Part shown: one piece after another, positions 12,328 through 24,959 of the stretch
How the letters are laid out: each line of letters begins with the position of its first letter
Numbering within the stretch: the first letter of the stretch is position 1
Source of the DNA: Octopus bimaculoides
Lineage: Eukaryota
Length of the DNA stretch: 64,000 nt
Assembly (NCBI RefSeq): GCF_001194135.2
Contig: NC_068982.1
Span: forward strand, 121,265,435 to 121,329,434
Direction: 5' to 3'
Program-made: the position numbers and the translations under genes
Notes under the pieces: generated by a model
Database searches by the model: none
Seen by the model: only the letters and a program-made list of their open reading frames with translations
What the model was told of the DNA's origin: nothing

Positions 12328-13014
12328 GCATACATACACATACACCACACGTAATATATACATATATGTGTATGTATGCATACGTGTTCCGCGCGCGCAC
12401 CTCTGTCTGTGTAATATGGGTGAGAAAACGCTAGTGTAAGCATGGAATAGAGAAGCACCGAAGCAGTGTTTTGATTGGTCCGATTCTTTAATTCTAATTT
12501 CCTAATCGGGGTAAAGTAGTCCAGCAGAAGAGAGTTGGTTATAAGAAATGCACAACGAACGAGAAACGAGAACACAAAAAAATCGGCAAACATTTGTAGA
12601 CGGCAGAATTCATTTGTATGGGATGATACATTAGATATTCATATAATATGATGAGGTTATTCTTTTACAGCTGTTTCAAAGATGCGGTGACTGGTTGATG
12701 ATATAATACATCTCCTTTTCCTGTATTTACCTCCCCATTAGTTATTATCGTCCTCTTCCTCTGTATTTTTATTGATGCTTGTGGTTGCTACTTTTTTTTT
12801 TGTGCATTTATCACTCATTCTTCCGACGAAAAGTTTCGGCGTTCCATCTTGAAAATAATAATATATGCATCATGCGAGTTGATAATATTTTTGCTTATTT
12901 GCTGTGTATAACTATTGCCTCTTTATTGTACTTCTGTTTGCATCAACTAATCGTTGAATCTTTGATACAGTTACAAAAGAATAACAACATCTTGTAATAT
13001 GAACATGTAATATG

Positions 13015-13140
13015 AAGGCGGTGGACAGGCAGAATCGTTAGCAAGCCGGGCAAAATACTTAGCGGCATTTCGTCCGTCTTTAAATTTTGAGTTCACATTC
13101 CGCCAAGGTTGACTTTGCTCTTCGTATTTGAAACCAAAAT
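13015..13140 (+). mobile_element. SINE family C, 5' part
   Basis: GGCAGAATCGTTAGCAAGCCGGGCAAAATACTTAGCGGCATTTCG...GAGTTCACATTCCGCCAAGGTTGAC, with CpGs retained. Confidence 0.8.
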
Positions 13141-13947
13141 AATAGGTATATGTAAATCTCATACAAATGATTTCCTGTCATGTTTAATTGTTTGTCCATT
13201 TTTCTCTCTGTCTAACCTCCGTTCCCACCCCTTTCTCAGTGTACATATATATATATATATANNNNNNNNNNNNNNNNNNNNNNNNNNNNNNNNNNNNNNN
13301 NNNNNNNNNNNNNNNNNNNNNNNNNNNNNNNNNNNNNNNNNNNNNNNNNNNNNNNNNNNNNNNNNNNNNNNNNNNNNNNNNNNNNNNNNNNNNNNNNNNN
13401 NNNNNNNNNNNNNNNNNNNNNNNNNNNNNNNNNNNNNNNNNNNNNNNNNNNNNNNNNNNNNNNNNNNNNNNNNNNNNNNNNNNNNNNNNNNNNNNNNNNN
13501 NNNNNNNNNNNNNNNNNNNNNNNNNNNNNNNNNNNNNNNNNNNNNNNNNNNNNNNNNNNNNNNNNNNNNNNNNNNNNNNNNNNNNNNNNNNNNNNNNNNN
13601 NNNNNNNNNNNNNNNNNNNNNNNNNNNNNNNNNNNNNNNNNNNNNNNNNNNNNNNNNNNNNNNNNNNNNNNNNNNNNNNNNNNNNNNNNNNNNNNNNNNN
13701 NGAACTAAACTAGCCATAGTTAATCATAGACATGTTTCTGGTTTAGGAGTATAAAAACTCTTCATTACCTCATCGGTATGATATTCCTGTTGTAAATTCG
13801 ACGATACTGGCAAATGTGCATGCATGATCTAGCGCCATCATTGCAGTCGACACATCTTGAAAGTATCTCCAAATCTACATTTTTAGCTGCTATTCCTGAA
13901 CTTCGGTATGTGATGAAGCAACCTATTGCTGAACCCTTAATTTTGTT

Positions 13948-13978
<31 letters not shown>

Positions 13979-14269
13979 AATAATATAAATAATATATAAA
14001 CATATGCATATATCCATACATAATGTATGGATATATGCATATGTTTATATAGTATTATATGATCGAACGCCACGCATCCTTTCCCAAGTAAATTCTCTCT
14101 GGCAGCTGAAGAAGGATATGTTCTCTATGTGGCCTGCGTGTTTTTTGTACCTTGTTTATCACTTTGTCCATGTTTTTTGCAACGTCATGTACCCAGATAT
14201 GTATCTATATGTACATGTAGATGAAGGTATGTACATACGTGTACATATATATGCATATACTCATATATT

Positions 14270-14299
<30 letters not shown>

Positions 14300-14305
<6 letters not shown>

Positions 14306-14760
14306 AATCCAAATAAGAACTAGCAAGTAAAAACAACAACGCGAGGACGTGGAACAAGTACTGTGTTATTGGACGCTTAGGAAAGGAAAGAAAAGAAAGA
14401 GGATTTAACGTTTCGAGTGGAACTCTTCGTCAGAAATATAGAAAAAGTCCAAAGAAGGGAAGACGGAGAAAGAAAATCGCCAACGATACACACGCGGTCA
14501 CAGAGAGAGAGAGAGAGAGATGTGATTTGTGTGTGTGCGTGTGACTTGGTATCATAAGTTTGTGAGAATGTATAATATGACTGCTTGAACACGTAGCGTA
14601 GAGGAATCCAACAGGTGGCACTTTTCAGGTGTGATGGAAGTCCAGGTGGTTACAGCAGTAGTTTTCGATTGGAGTTTTCGTGACGTGTAGTTAGTTCCAC
14701 AAACTGGGGAAAAAAATTGGACCAGATTTATTATATATGAGTGACCAATCACATATCGGG
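14300..14760 (-). mobile_element. Penelope-like terminal repeat (pLTR-type) segment
   Basis: Aligns with the copy at 45140-45345 and contains a hammerhead motif. The Penelope assignment is inferred from the known association of these elements with minimal hammerheads. Confidence 0.6.
14403..14437 (-). ncRNA. Minimal type-I hammerhead ribozyme with intact core
   Basis: Minus strand ATTT-CTGACGA-A-GAG(TTCCA)CTC-GAAA-CGTT-AAAT: stem I AUUU/AAAU, canonical CUGANGA and GAAA, a 3-bp stem II, palindromic AACGUU, and a GUU triplet. Confidence 0.7.
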
Positions 14761-14869
14761 AAAATCAGCTCCCCCACCCACGCACAAACACACACAAATG
14801 TTTCATAAAATTAGAATATTGTACAAATGAATTGTCTTGTGAGTTAGAACATCAATTCCTCCCTCCCCC

Positions 14870-14911
<42 letters not shown>

Positions 14912-15549
14912 ATGCATGCGTGTTCCACAAAATACAGTGTTTCTTTGAGAAACAGTTGCTACTTCCTCACTCAATCCTTTATACAGTTTCTAGAGACAGA
15001 ATCGACGTTATATGCCCTACAATGACCCTTCACACAGTGCAACATAGCCATTTGAGAGAGAGAGAGAGAAAGAGAAATCGCAGTATTTGAATAGAACTTC
15101 ATCGACTCTGAAAGGGTGAAAGATGAAGTTGATTTCGGCATGATTTGAACTCAGAATGTAGAACACCAAAACAAATCCTGCGAAGGAATCTATCCGACGC
15201 AGCAACGACTGCCAATGTGTGTGTGTGCGTGTATTTATACGCGCACACACACACACACACGAGCGATGTCACCAGTCAGGCTGTTGCTGACTTAATTCCT
15301 CTGACCCACATGTTACTGAGCGATGCCATCATTACTGTACTTACTCTTTTGGAGCTCTTCTCCTTCTCTTTCCAAACATTTTCCTGACTCTCCTCCGCTC
15401 TTTTGTGTGTGTTGTCTTTTCCTATCCTCTGCCTACTTCTCTATATCTCTCTCTCATGCACGCACACGCACCAGATTTGTTGTTCTGTTACTACTACTGA
15501 TCAATATTTTCCCTCGACACAGGAACTAACTTTGACTCTCTTCTTTTTC

Positions 15550-15841
15550 GAAATAAATTACGTCAATTAGAAATAATTAATTAGTCGCAATGAATGGAAA
15601 ATGAAATGCCAGCTTTCGCCAGATTCGAACTCGGAAACTCCGTACATTTTCTTTTCTATTGCGGCTATTTTTGTTTTGTTGGAGTTGGTTGTCGTTTCGA
15701 AGTTAATGCGGGATCTCTGCATTATTGGACGCCAGTCTTACCTCAAAATTTCTTGTTACGTTTTAAATTCAAAATCTCTCACTACATAATAGAACCCCTG
15801 CGACGGCTGCGCTGTTTTACCTGGGAACCTAGATTTCTTCG
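15550..15841 (+). other. Possible 5' UTR exon of the plus-strand gene (start approximate)
   Basis: Unique CpG-rich sequence ending in donor TTCG/GTAATT, followed by a microsatellite-rich putative intron and an acceptor at 16891. Confidence 0.3.
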
Positions 15842-16989
15842 GTAATTGTTTCTAGCTTTGTGGCCAGAATCATAAAGTGTCAAATGCCCATGGCCATGAG
15901 AGGAAAAGAGAGGAGATACATTTGGCTACACTGATCTTTAGTGAGCACTGAAATTGTCAACTTTCAGTGAGACAGGCAGAAATATACAAGTAGACTTAGA
16001 AACAGAGAGAGAGAGACAGACAGACAGAGAGATAGAGAGGGAAAGAGAATGGGGAAACAAAATAGAAAGTATACATACATATATATATATATATACACAC
16101 ACGCATATATATATTTATATACACACACACACACACATATGTGTCTGTGTGTGTGTGTAAAGAGAGAGAGAGAGAGAGAGAGTTATGGTTTAAAATGGGA
16201 GATGATAGAGGGAGAGATTTACGGAGAGAAAATCGAAGTTTGAGAATGAAAAAAGCAGGCAATGAAGGTATGTGACTCAGAGACAGAGGGAAAGAGAAAA
16301 CAATAAAGAGAAAGTGAGAGTGATATAAATACTATGACAAAATTTGTCGAGCAAAAAATGAGAAACGATTTACAGAAAAAAAAAAAAGAAATAAAGAGAG
16401 AGAGATATAGAGAATTATTAAGAAAGAGAGCAAGAGAATGAGGTGAAAAGAACGTGAGAAATGAGAAAAGAGCGAGAGAAGGGAGAAGAGAGAGGGGGAA
16501 AGTTTTATTAAGAGAAAAAGGGGAACGTGAGACTGACAGAGAGAGAGGGGGAGAGTAATAAAAAATTGTAATAGAGAGAAAGAGAGAGGGTGTGAAACTG
16601 ATGTTTGTGTAGGTCGGGCCGCAATGGTGAAGACGAATGTGGGGAGATAGGCTAGTTAGAAGAACAATTTAAACTAACGTGGCTTGACAAATATATACAA
16701 ACACTTCACCAAAAGCATAGAAGAACAGTAATAATATGTGTAAAGTGATTTAGTTAATTAATCATCAGTGAAATATATTATTAAAAACACGTTTTAGCTC
16801 TCAGAAGACCTGAATGAATACCAACTTTCAAGTGACATAGAACAAAGTTAAGTTGTATAAAGTTGAGTCGTTTTACTCTATTCTCCACCAGTGCTCCGCT
16901 TCACCCAAAAGTTGCTCCGTTGCTGGAGACACCAGTCCACCAAACCAGCGGGTAATTCCGCACCACAAATTCTCTGATGGTGGCGAATT

Positions 16990-17071
16990 ATGTCTAGATA
17001 TTTAGGAGTACTTCTCGTCTGTCTTTTATCTCCAATCACAATATATGGCGATTTGACTGATGAGATTTCCG
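16990..17071 (+). CDS. First coding exon of a predicted secreted or membrane protein (signal peptide); exon 16892-17071
   Basis: MSRYLGVLLVCLLSPITIYG-DLTDEIS has signal-peptide organisation. There is an in-frame TGA 15 nt upstream, an acceptor TTTTACTCTATTCTCCACCAG/ at 16891 and a donor CCG/GTGAGT (phase 1). Confidence 0.6.
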
Positions 17072-18277
17072 GTGAGTTGCTCCATAACATTTGTTTTTTG
17101 TTTTTTTTTACCTCCTTCCTCTATAAACCGTATTATATATATAGGCGTACTTACAATGTGCTTTCCTTCCGACTTCGTTTCCCCACAACTTTTAGAAAAA
17201 TTGATATATTTTAAATGAAATTTTCTATAAATACCGTTCAGATAATGTACATTCCGATTATATGGAAATCTGTTGTGAAATTTTTTTTTTGCGAATGTGG
17301 GAGAGTAATTAGACATACTTACACAAGTGGGCCCCACTAGATGTGCCTATAGACGTGTGTGTGTGTGTGTTATAAAATCAACTTTATCTCTCTGGGTATC
17401 CGTCCACATATCTTTGATTTTATGTACGCGTTGGAAGCTAAAATCTTCACAAATTGAATTCCTCGTTTCTGATCGTTTGAATTTCTGAAACGAGAAATTG
17501 GGTGTAACAGTTTGTGAAGTTCCTGCTCTCAATAAAATATCAATGTATAATTTTATTTTTAATTTTGAGTACTCCCTTTCCCTTTCCCTTTTCTCCTCCT
17601 TGTTAACAGATGCACACCGCTATTTCCTTGCATTCTTGTGCAAATCATAAGCGTGTTCAGTATGTATGCATTAGAAATGTGCACTGTGGTGTATGCATGT
17701 ACGTGTGCATGTATGTAAGCGTGTGTGTATAGATGGATGTAATCGGGATTATAAACACGTACCTAAAAGTTCCTTACATCCAGTCTTGTTTCAGCTGTTT
17801 TCTTTTAGTCTTTCTAAACCACTAACAAATTCAATTTGTCATTCAAGGCACCTCACACAAGCACATATATACCCCTATATGTTCCTAAAGTAAACAGTAG
17901 TATCATCTAAATCAGTTCGGCTCGGATCTTCTTTGTCCTGGAGTATCAACGAAGTGGAATGTTGTTAGATTTGAATTTATTACAACAGGTGTTCAGGTAA
18001 AACAAACAAAATTTCAAATATTTGAAGAAAGCTGACCGGAGACATTACATCTTTCGGTGCAAGTTTCTCTCCTGTGTGCCTATAAAGAATTTATGAACGT
18101 CACTCGTTTTATCCTTCAATGAAACCTCCTATCTCTCTAAGGAATTACTATAATATATTAGTTTGAAATGAATTACTAAAACTCATATATAGTGTGTATG
18201 TGTAAAGGTATGTCTGCATGCTTTTGTCTGTGAAATTATAGAGGTATGTATTTATGTAAGTGTACATACTGTGTGAG

Positions 18278-18540
18278 GACACATGGCCTAGTAGTTAGGG
18301 TGTTGCACTCACGATAGCGAGATCGTGGTTTTAATTCCTGGCATCGGGTGGTGCGTTGTATTCTTGAGCAAAACACTTCGTTTTACGTTGCTCTGCGATC
18401 ACTTCGATACCTGACGTGTAATACACTGTGCACCTGCTCAGGGTCGATTTTGACAAAGAGAGCGAGCTAATAGCAACATACATTCGGTCACTATAAAACA
18501 AATCATTTGTGCAGTTCGTTCAGCAAAAGCTGAGCATTGA
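18278..18540 (+). mobile_element. tRNA-headed SINE (family D-related)
   Basis: GGACACATGGCCTAGTAGTTAGGG...CACTCACGATAGCGAGATCGTGGTTTTAATTCCTGG...CTTGAGCAAAACACTT. Related heads lie at about 56243 (+) and 53150-53400 (-). Confidence 0.7.
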
Positions 18541-19544
18541 CACGTCGTTTTCGACAGAAGATTCCGTCATATACTACGTGTACAAAAGCATACATTTATG
18601 TTTTCAAAGACGTGTGTATATTAGTTATATATATTGTCATTTTCCCACATAACGTCCTCTTGACATAGATTAAGAGGCTAGGCTGATGTTTGGTTTTGTG
18701 ATACAGAAAACGAAATACTGAAGTCAGTAGAAACCTAATGGAAATTGAAAGAATTCTTTCCTTCAAAATGATATAAAAGTGATTCAAACTAATATGACAA
18801 AACGGTAAATGTAAAATTCGATTTTTTGTATATTGATTTTGAATTATTTTATTATAATTCGTTTAATTTAATAATAAACTAAAATATAAGAATTAGATGA
18901 GATAATTCTGTGGAAAGCATTTAACAAATTGTGTAAACCATTTTTAACAATATACAGGATAGTTGACATATGACAATACATACATCTCAGAAATAGCTAT
19001 ACCGGTTATAACTATTGCTTCTCTACTGATACCTACCTGCTCTGTAACAACGTATTATTTGCAGTCAGCTGCTGCCTACCAATACATAAACCCTTCAAGG
19101 TGAGGCAATGGGGTATGGCATTTAGAGAAGAAAGAGTCTGGTTTAATACTTTGATAATGCTTGAATACTTTGACTCCTCCAAACTGTTCCATCTGAACAT
19201 GAGTGGTGATTAACCTGTTGCATTGATTGGTTCCTTATAGCACACTGATAAATTATGAATGAATTGCAGGGATGCAAAGAAGTTAAGTGTACCTTCAATG
19301 TTCGTATTAATACAAATATACCATGTAACATAATTCTTTTCAGTCAGCTCATCTTTCGGATTCAGAGAAAACTTATCTCCCAGTTTCATTTCATTGAATT
19401 TAGTCAAGTACTACCAAACATTATTTTACTTTCATTTTATTATGCCAATCTTTGCTGACTTCAGTCATTTCACTTTCTGAATCATAAAACAAAACATCAT
19501 TGAAAACTGTGTGTTTGTTTGTCAAAGCTGTTTATTTATATATC

Positions 19545-19826
19545 TACCAGTACCGCTGGACTGGCCCTTGTGCAGGTGGCACGTAAAATACACCATTTCG
19601 AGCGTGGCTGTTGCCAGTACCTCCTGACTGGCCTTCGTGCCGGTGGCACGTAAAAGCACCCACCACACTCTCTGAGTGGTTGGCGTTAGGAAGGGCATCC
19701 AGCTGTAGAAACTCTGCCAAATCAGATTGGAGCCTAGTGTAGCCATCTGGTTCACCAGTCCTCAGTCAAATCGTCCAACCCATGCTAGCATGGAAAGCGG
19801 ACGTTAAACGATGATGATGATGATGA
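19545..19826 (+). mobile_element. Repeat family B (SINE or RTE-type 3' tail) ending in (GAT)n
   Basis: GGTTGGCGTTAGGAAGGGCATCCAGCTGTAGAAAC...AACCCATGCTAGCATGGAAAGCGGACGTTAAACGATGATG. Further copies lie at about 24065-24230, 29740-29950, 33805-33940, 35330-35520, 39480-39580, 55025-55165 and 60590-60770. Confidence 0.85.
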
Positions 19827-20409
19827 TATATGTGTGTACATGTGGCCATGTGTATTTAAATATGTGTTTATATCAACATATTTATATACTTGTTCAGTAT
19901 ACTATTCAAGTCTACACTTGTGTGTTTATTTTGTTTTCTCATCAACATATTATTTATAGTTTTTTTTCTGTCTTTTGGCTAGTATATAACTTCCATCAAT
20001 TTGATCCCAGAATCTTTACAATGTCATAGATTAGTTGCTTTTCCTGCCAGTGGCATACAGGTTTATTGTTGATAATTCTGTTGATATATGTACAATACAA
20101 CTACTTCTAGCCTCTTTGAAGTAGACACTGTGTCTATTACTATTTTCTTAGCATTTCTTACGATGTAAGCAGTCTCTTTGAAATATTTTTGCATTCATTT
20201 AATTATTTACCTTCTGAAGAAATGGTGCTCAGTAATTTCGCTCTAGCGTAATGTATGAAAAGGATGGGATAATTAAATCAATCACTTCTATTTTTATTTT
20301 CTTGTGTAATCATTATATACATATGTATGTACACACACTCATCTACATCTGTATATGTGTATATGTAGATATATTTGTGTGTGTGTGCATATTACACACA
20401 TAGTTATAA

Positions 20410-20902
20410 GAGAGGAAATGGAAAGGATGAAGTTCGTCAATGTTCTGCGGCATGAGAACCAGAGGCTTGAGGTGTTCCAGATTGATAAACAGTGTTTGAG
20501 AAAATTCTGATGCTAAAGGAGAGAAGTGTTTAAATGGATGATGGTACACTTGCACTTAGTGATTCTGCAAACGAAAAGGCATGGAAGTGCCACTATGAAA
20601 TGCTGTTAAATGTGGAAAATGCATAGGAGAATCTTCTTAATGTAGACCCAACAGAGGGACCAGTCATCTGAGTTAACAGCAGCACGACAGATAAGGCAGT
20701 TAAGGATATAAATTGGGGAAAACCTCTGGCCCATCAGGAATTATCACCAAGTGGCTTTGTGGTAAGAAGCTTACTTCCCAACCACATGGTTCTGGGTTCA
20801 CTCCCACTGTGTGGTATCTTGGGCAAGTGTCTGCTACTGTAGCCTTGGGCTGACCGAAGCCTTGTGAGTAGATTTGGTCGACGGAATCTGAAAGAAGCCC
20901 AT

Positions 20903-20985
<83 letters not shown>

Positions 20986-21725
20986 TTATGTATGTGTGTA
21001 TCTGTGTGTCTGTGTTTGTCCTCCCACCATCACTTGATAACTGATGTTGGTGTGTTTACGTCCCCGTGACTTAGTGGTTCGGCAATAGAACCCAACAGAA
21101 TAAGTACTAGGCTTTGAAAGAATAAGTCCTGGGGTTAATTTGTTTGACTAAAGGCAGTGCTCTAGCATGACCGCAGTCAAATGACTGAAACCAGTAAAAG
21201 AATAAAAGAAATATTCATCCTTATATCTAATCAGGTTTTCCAAGAGGGGTGGAGTCATACCCAATGACTGGTGTAGCAGTATTATTGTCAACTTCTACAA
21301 AGGTAAAGGAGGTGCCTTGGGCAGAAGTAATCACAGAGGTATCAAATTATTGGACATGGACATAAGAAGAGAGTTAACCCAAATGAGATGCAGTTTCGTT
21401 TTGTGTCAGAAAGAAGTACTACTGGTGCTGTCTTCCTACAAAGACAACTATAGGAGAGGCATTTAGCCAAAAATAAACCACTGTACTTGGCATTTGTTGA
21501 CATGGAGAAATCTTTTGACAGAGTCCATCTCTCCCTCATCTGGTAGTTGATGCAGAAGCTAGTGGGTAGATGAGTGGCTGGTGAGAGTTGTCCAAGCCAT
21601 CTACAGTGATACTGTCAGTTCTGTGAAAGTCAGTAATGAGCATTACAACAAATTTAGTGTGCAGGTAGGAGTTTCCCAAGGATTGCTTCTCAACCACATC
21701 CTATTTCTCATAGTCCTCTAGGACT
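20410..21725 (+). mobile_element. RTE-clade LINE reverse-transcriptase fragment, interrupted by a SINE
   Basis: Translates to ...GVIPNDWCSSIIVNFYKGKGGALGRSNHRGIKLLD...QFRFVSERSTTGAVFLQRQL...KPLYLAFVDMEKSFDRV...VQVGVSQG, with stops and frameshifts. Confidence 0.85.
20751..21210 (+). mobile_element. SINE family A, full length, inserted in the RTE fragment
   Basis: Complete head, core, (TA)n tract and tail match 459-850 in reverse complement. Confidence 0.85.
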
Positions 21726-22217
21726 ATAAAATGCATATGTCTGCATGTTTATAAAGTGCATAAATGTATACATGTTTATGAAATGTGTATATGCGTGTAC
21801 ATATTAATATTAATATATAACGTATATACCATCATCATTGTCATCATCATCATTGCTCAATGTCTACTTTTCCACACTTGCATGGATCAGGCAGAAGTTG
21901 TTGAAGATTTTATGTTGCTGGATGGTCTTCCTGTCGCTAACCCAATATTTCCTGATGATCAGATGTGTTTTTCACAGAATAGTTGCAATGATCAACGTCA
22001 CTTGCTTGTTTACAGCCTTCATGTGATACTTAGACAAGGATACAAGCACATTCATGCTAGAAGCTTCTTTCAGTTTCTACTTACTAAACCTACTCACAAA
22101 GCTTCGGCAGTCCCAGGGCTATGGTAGAAGACATTTGCCCAAGGTGCCATGCAATGTGACTGAACCCAAGACTTCATGGCTGGGTTAACCACCCTGCCAT
22201 TCTTGTACCTTAATGTA

Positions 22218-22344
22218 CAGGGTGTCCACAAAGTCTGGGTACATGGGGATTAACACATACTTTAAGAAATTATAATTTCTTATATTTAATTGTTTATGTT
22301 ATGATTTTATTTACTCCATGTACCCAGACTTTGTGGACACCCTG
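22218..22344. mobile_element. Tc1/mariner-type MITE, 127 bp
   Basis: Perfect 29-bp TIRs CAGGGTGTCCACAAAGTCTGGGTACATGG, with TA on both flanks (22216-17 and 22345-46). Confidence 0.9.
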
Positions 22345-23237
22345 TATATATGTATGCATATACATATTTATACAATGTATATGTATATATATCTGTGTGT
22401 GTGTGTACATGTCTAGGTTCATGCTCGTTGTCTGGGCAGGAAATTAACTATTAATAGCCATGCCATCCCTCCCACATATTTAATCACGAATGTAAATAGT
22501 TAAAGTGGGTCAACACCCAAATAATTATTAACACTGTCGATACTGTACAGTATTGAAACAGCAGCATTCTTAACTACAAGCAATGCACTATCTCACCTTA
22601 ATATCCAGGAATTTTTATTATTCCTATTAAGACCTCAATACAGTGTTTTAGTTTTTCAGATTAACATTGTTAGATGTCAATATTTCTGTTTTCATTACTC
22701 TGCTGTTAGGTGTGGCCAGTGTTGCTGTCGTTGAGCTTTTGTTTGTGGCAGCCAGTTTCAGTGTTCGGATTTTTTAACATGAAATTCTTGTTAAAAGCCG
22801 TTATCCTTAACTTCAGAGCTTGTTTTCATGAGCCTGCGATTTTGACATCTATCCCTTGTAGACCCCAGTATTTCTGACATCAAATTTTGTTGTTTAAGGG
22901 CCATTGTTTCTGATTTCAGGTCCTTGTTTTGGTTAGATAAAATAAGTACCATCATATACTAATGTCAATGTGATTGACATTATTTGAGTTTACAAAAATG
23001 GGCATTATGCCTCATGACTATAGCCTCCATGGAAGGTGCTTATAAGCCATTCAAGAAACACACAAAAATCGTTAGATTCACTTTAGCATTTAAATTTAAT
23101 TTGCCAAAATATTTTCATCGCTTTGACACTGCTACCTGTTCACTGACAAAATTCCGTGCCGCTGAATCTAACAGTTTTTGTGTGTCTCTTAAATGGCTTA
23201 TAAACACCTTCCACACTGCAATTGTTTTATATGTATT

Positions 23238-23270
<33 letters not shown>

Positions 23271-23832
23271 TTGTATGTCTTTGAGTTTGTCTTTCACCAC
23301 CACATGGCAACTGGTGTTGGTTTGTTTATCACCGTGTAACTTAACAGTTTGACAGAAGAGACCAATAGAATAAGTACTAGGGCTAATTTGTTTGACCAAA
23401 CCCTTCAAAATGGTGCTTCGGCATGGCTACTTCTCAATGAATTGAAACAAGTAAAAGATAAAAGATAGGCATGTTTAGAAATTTTAGGATCTACAAATTT
23501 TGTTTGTGAATATTTTTACATATATTTTCCCATTATGTATGTATCTTCTTACGAAAAAACTTATTATTTAAGTCATGACTAAAAAAGATAAGAATAATCA
23601 TTATAGTTGAAATAAAAGTAACACTTGAATACCTCACATTACCTAAACATACTAATGACTTATACAAATTTAATTTTGTTTTGACATTCCTGATGTTTTA
23701 CATAAGCTTTTCCATGCATCAAGGAATCCAATGATATATTTGCATTTTGTCTTCTTAGAATTTGTATTTTCACACTAGGTTGACTTTCCTATGGTTTTCT
23801 GCTTAAATATAATATGTATTATCTGTTCTCAG

Positions 23833-23917
23833 CTTACAGTGTAACTAACAGGCTTGGCTCATTAAGATCACTGTACAATGATTATGAGGTGAGAAAGAGG
23901 GCGTTAGATTTCACAAA
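23833..23917 (+). CDS. Candidate exon 2 of the signal-peptide gene
   Basis: Acceptor TTATCTGTTCTCAG/. Phase-1 entry is open as (A)YSVTNRLGSLRSLYNDYEVRKRALDFT. Donor AA/GTAGGC (phase 2), with an alternative donor GAG/GTGAGA at 23888. Contains a basic RKR site. Confidence 0.45.
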
Positions 23918-24427
23918 GTAGGCTAGCCTGTTGAATGTAATAACTAAATGTATAATAAAATCCTTACCTAGTTTAAAATGGAAACGTTTACAGTTCTAAA
24001 GCTTATAACATGTCCTATGTTGTATCAGATCACTTTGCTGACAAAATACTGAATTATGCTTTATCATCATCATCATCATCATCGTTTAACGTCCACTTTC
24101 CATGCTAGCATGGGTTGGACGATTTGACTGAGGACTGGTGCAACCGAATGGCTACACCAGGCTCCAATCTAATTTGGCAGAGTTTCTACAGCTGGATGCC
24201 TTTCCTAACGCCAACCACTCAGAGAGTGTATATAAATAGAAAATAATCACACCTATTGATATTGACTGAAGATGTATGTGTTAAGTGAACATGAAGTTAC
24301 TGCTAAATGTTTGATCAATTATCACTATACCTTAAGTTTATGTAAGCAGAACTGATGGGAGATATCCAATGATAGCAACAGTACCACCACAATTGGTATA
24401 GCAGTGTTTGAGTTCATTATTTTGCAG

Positions 24428-24470
24428 TTCTATAGTCCAGTATATTAATCACATAGCCACTGTGCTTCAT
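24428..24470 (+). CDS. Candidate exon 3 of the signal-peptide gene
   Basis: Acceptor ATTATTTTGCAG/ and consensus donor CAT/GTAAGT. Only the phase-2 frame is open, (N)SIVQYINHIATVLH, which matches the exit phase of exon 2. Confidence 0.45.
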
Positions 24471-24959
24471 GTAAGTGGGTAGCTATTAATAATATGACTT
24501 ACTTAATAATAATATGCCTAAAGAAAACAACTCCTCCATCAACAGCTGTGAGATCTCACAAGCCAACTATTCACTGTCATTATCTCAAGTAATTCTATTT
24601 AACTTGGCTTTCTGGCTCACCAAGGAGGTAGTCATGTGAGGCTGGACAGTACTCTCAGGTAGACAAATGAGGAGTTAAATGTATGCTTTTCATGAGAGAA
24701 ATTGACTGTCAATGTGAATAGCCAAAGATTGGAAATCATTGCGCTAATCTACTTTATAGCTCATGTATCAGGACACTGTGTGTGTGTGTGTAAATACCTG
24801 TCTTAACTAGAATTTTAAACTCATAGCTAAAGGTTTCATGGCAAGGCCTGCACAATATTTGAATGGATAAGATATTGGTTAAATGAGAAAGAGTTTCTGG
24901 TTTCTCCTCTTACTCCATACTCCTCCTTAAAATGATTACTTGCCATTACTTCTAACAAT

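Larger units (their letters stand above)
8400..18900. promoter_or_regulatory. CpG-retaining domain, probably an unmethylated promoter or intergenic region
   Basis: By eye, CG dinucleotides are common in unique sequence here and scarce in unique sequence outside. The domain contains the putative 5' exons of the plus-strand gene. CpG o/e was not computed. Confidence 0.55.

Noticed and set aside
13905-13935. Hammerhead-like GTGATGA-AGCAA(CCTA)TTGCT-GAAC
   Set aside because: Two core positions are wrong and stems I and III are not found.
16878-17090. Minus-strand 70-aa ORF over the signal-peptide exon
   Set aside because: No adequate minus-strand splice signals. The plus-strand reading has an acceptor, a donor, an upstream stop and a signal peptide.
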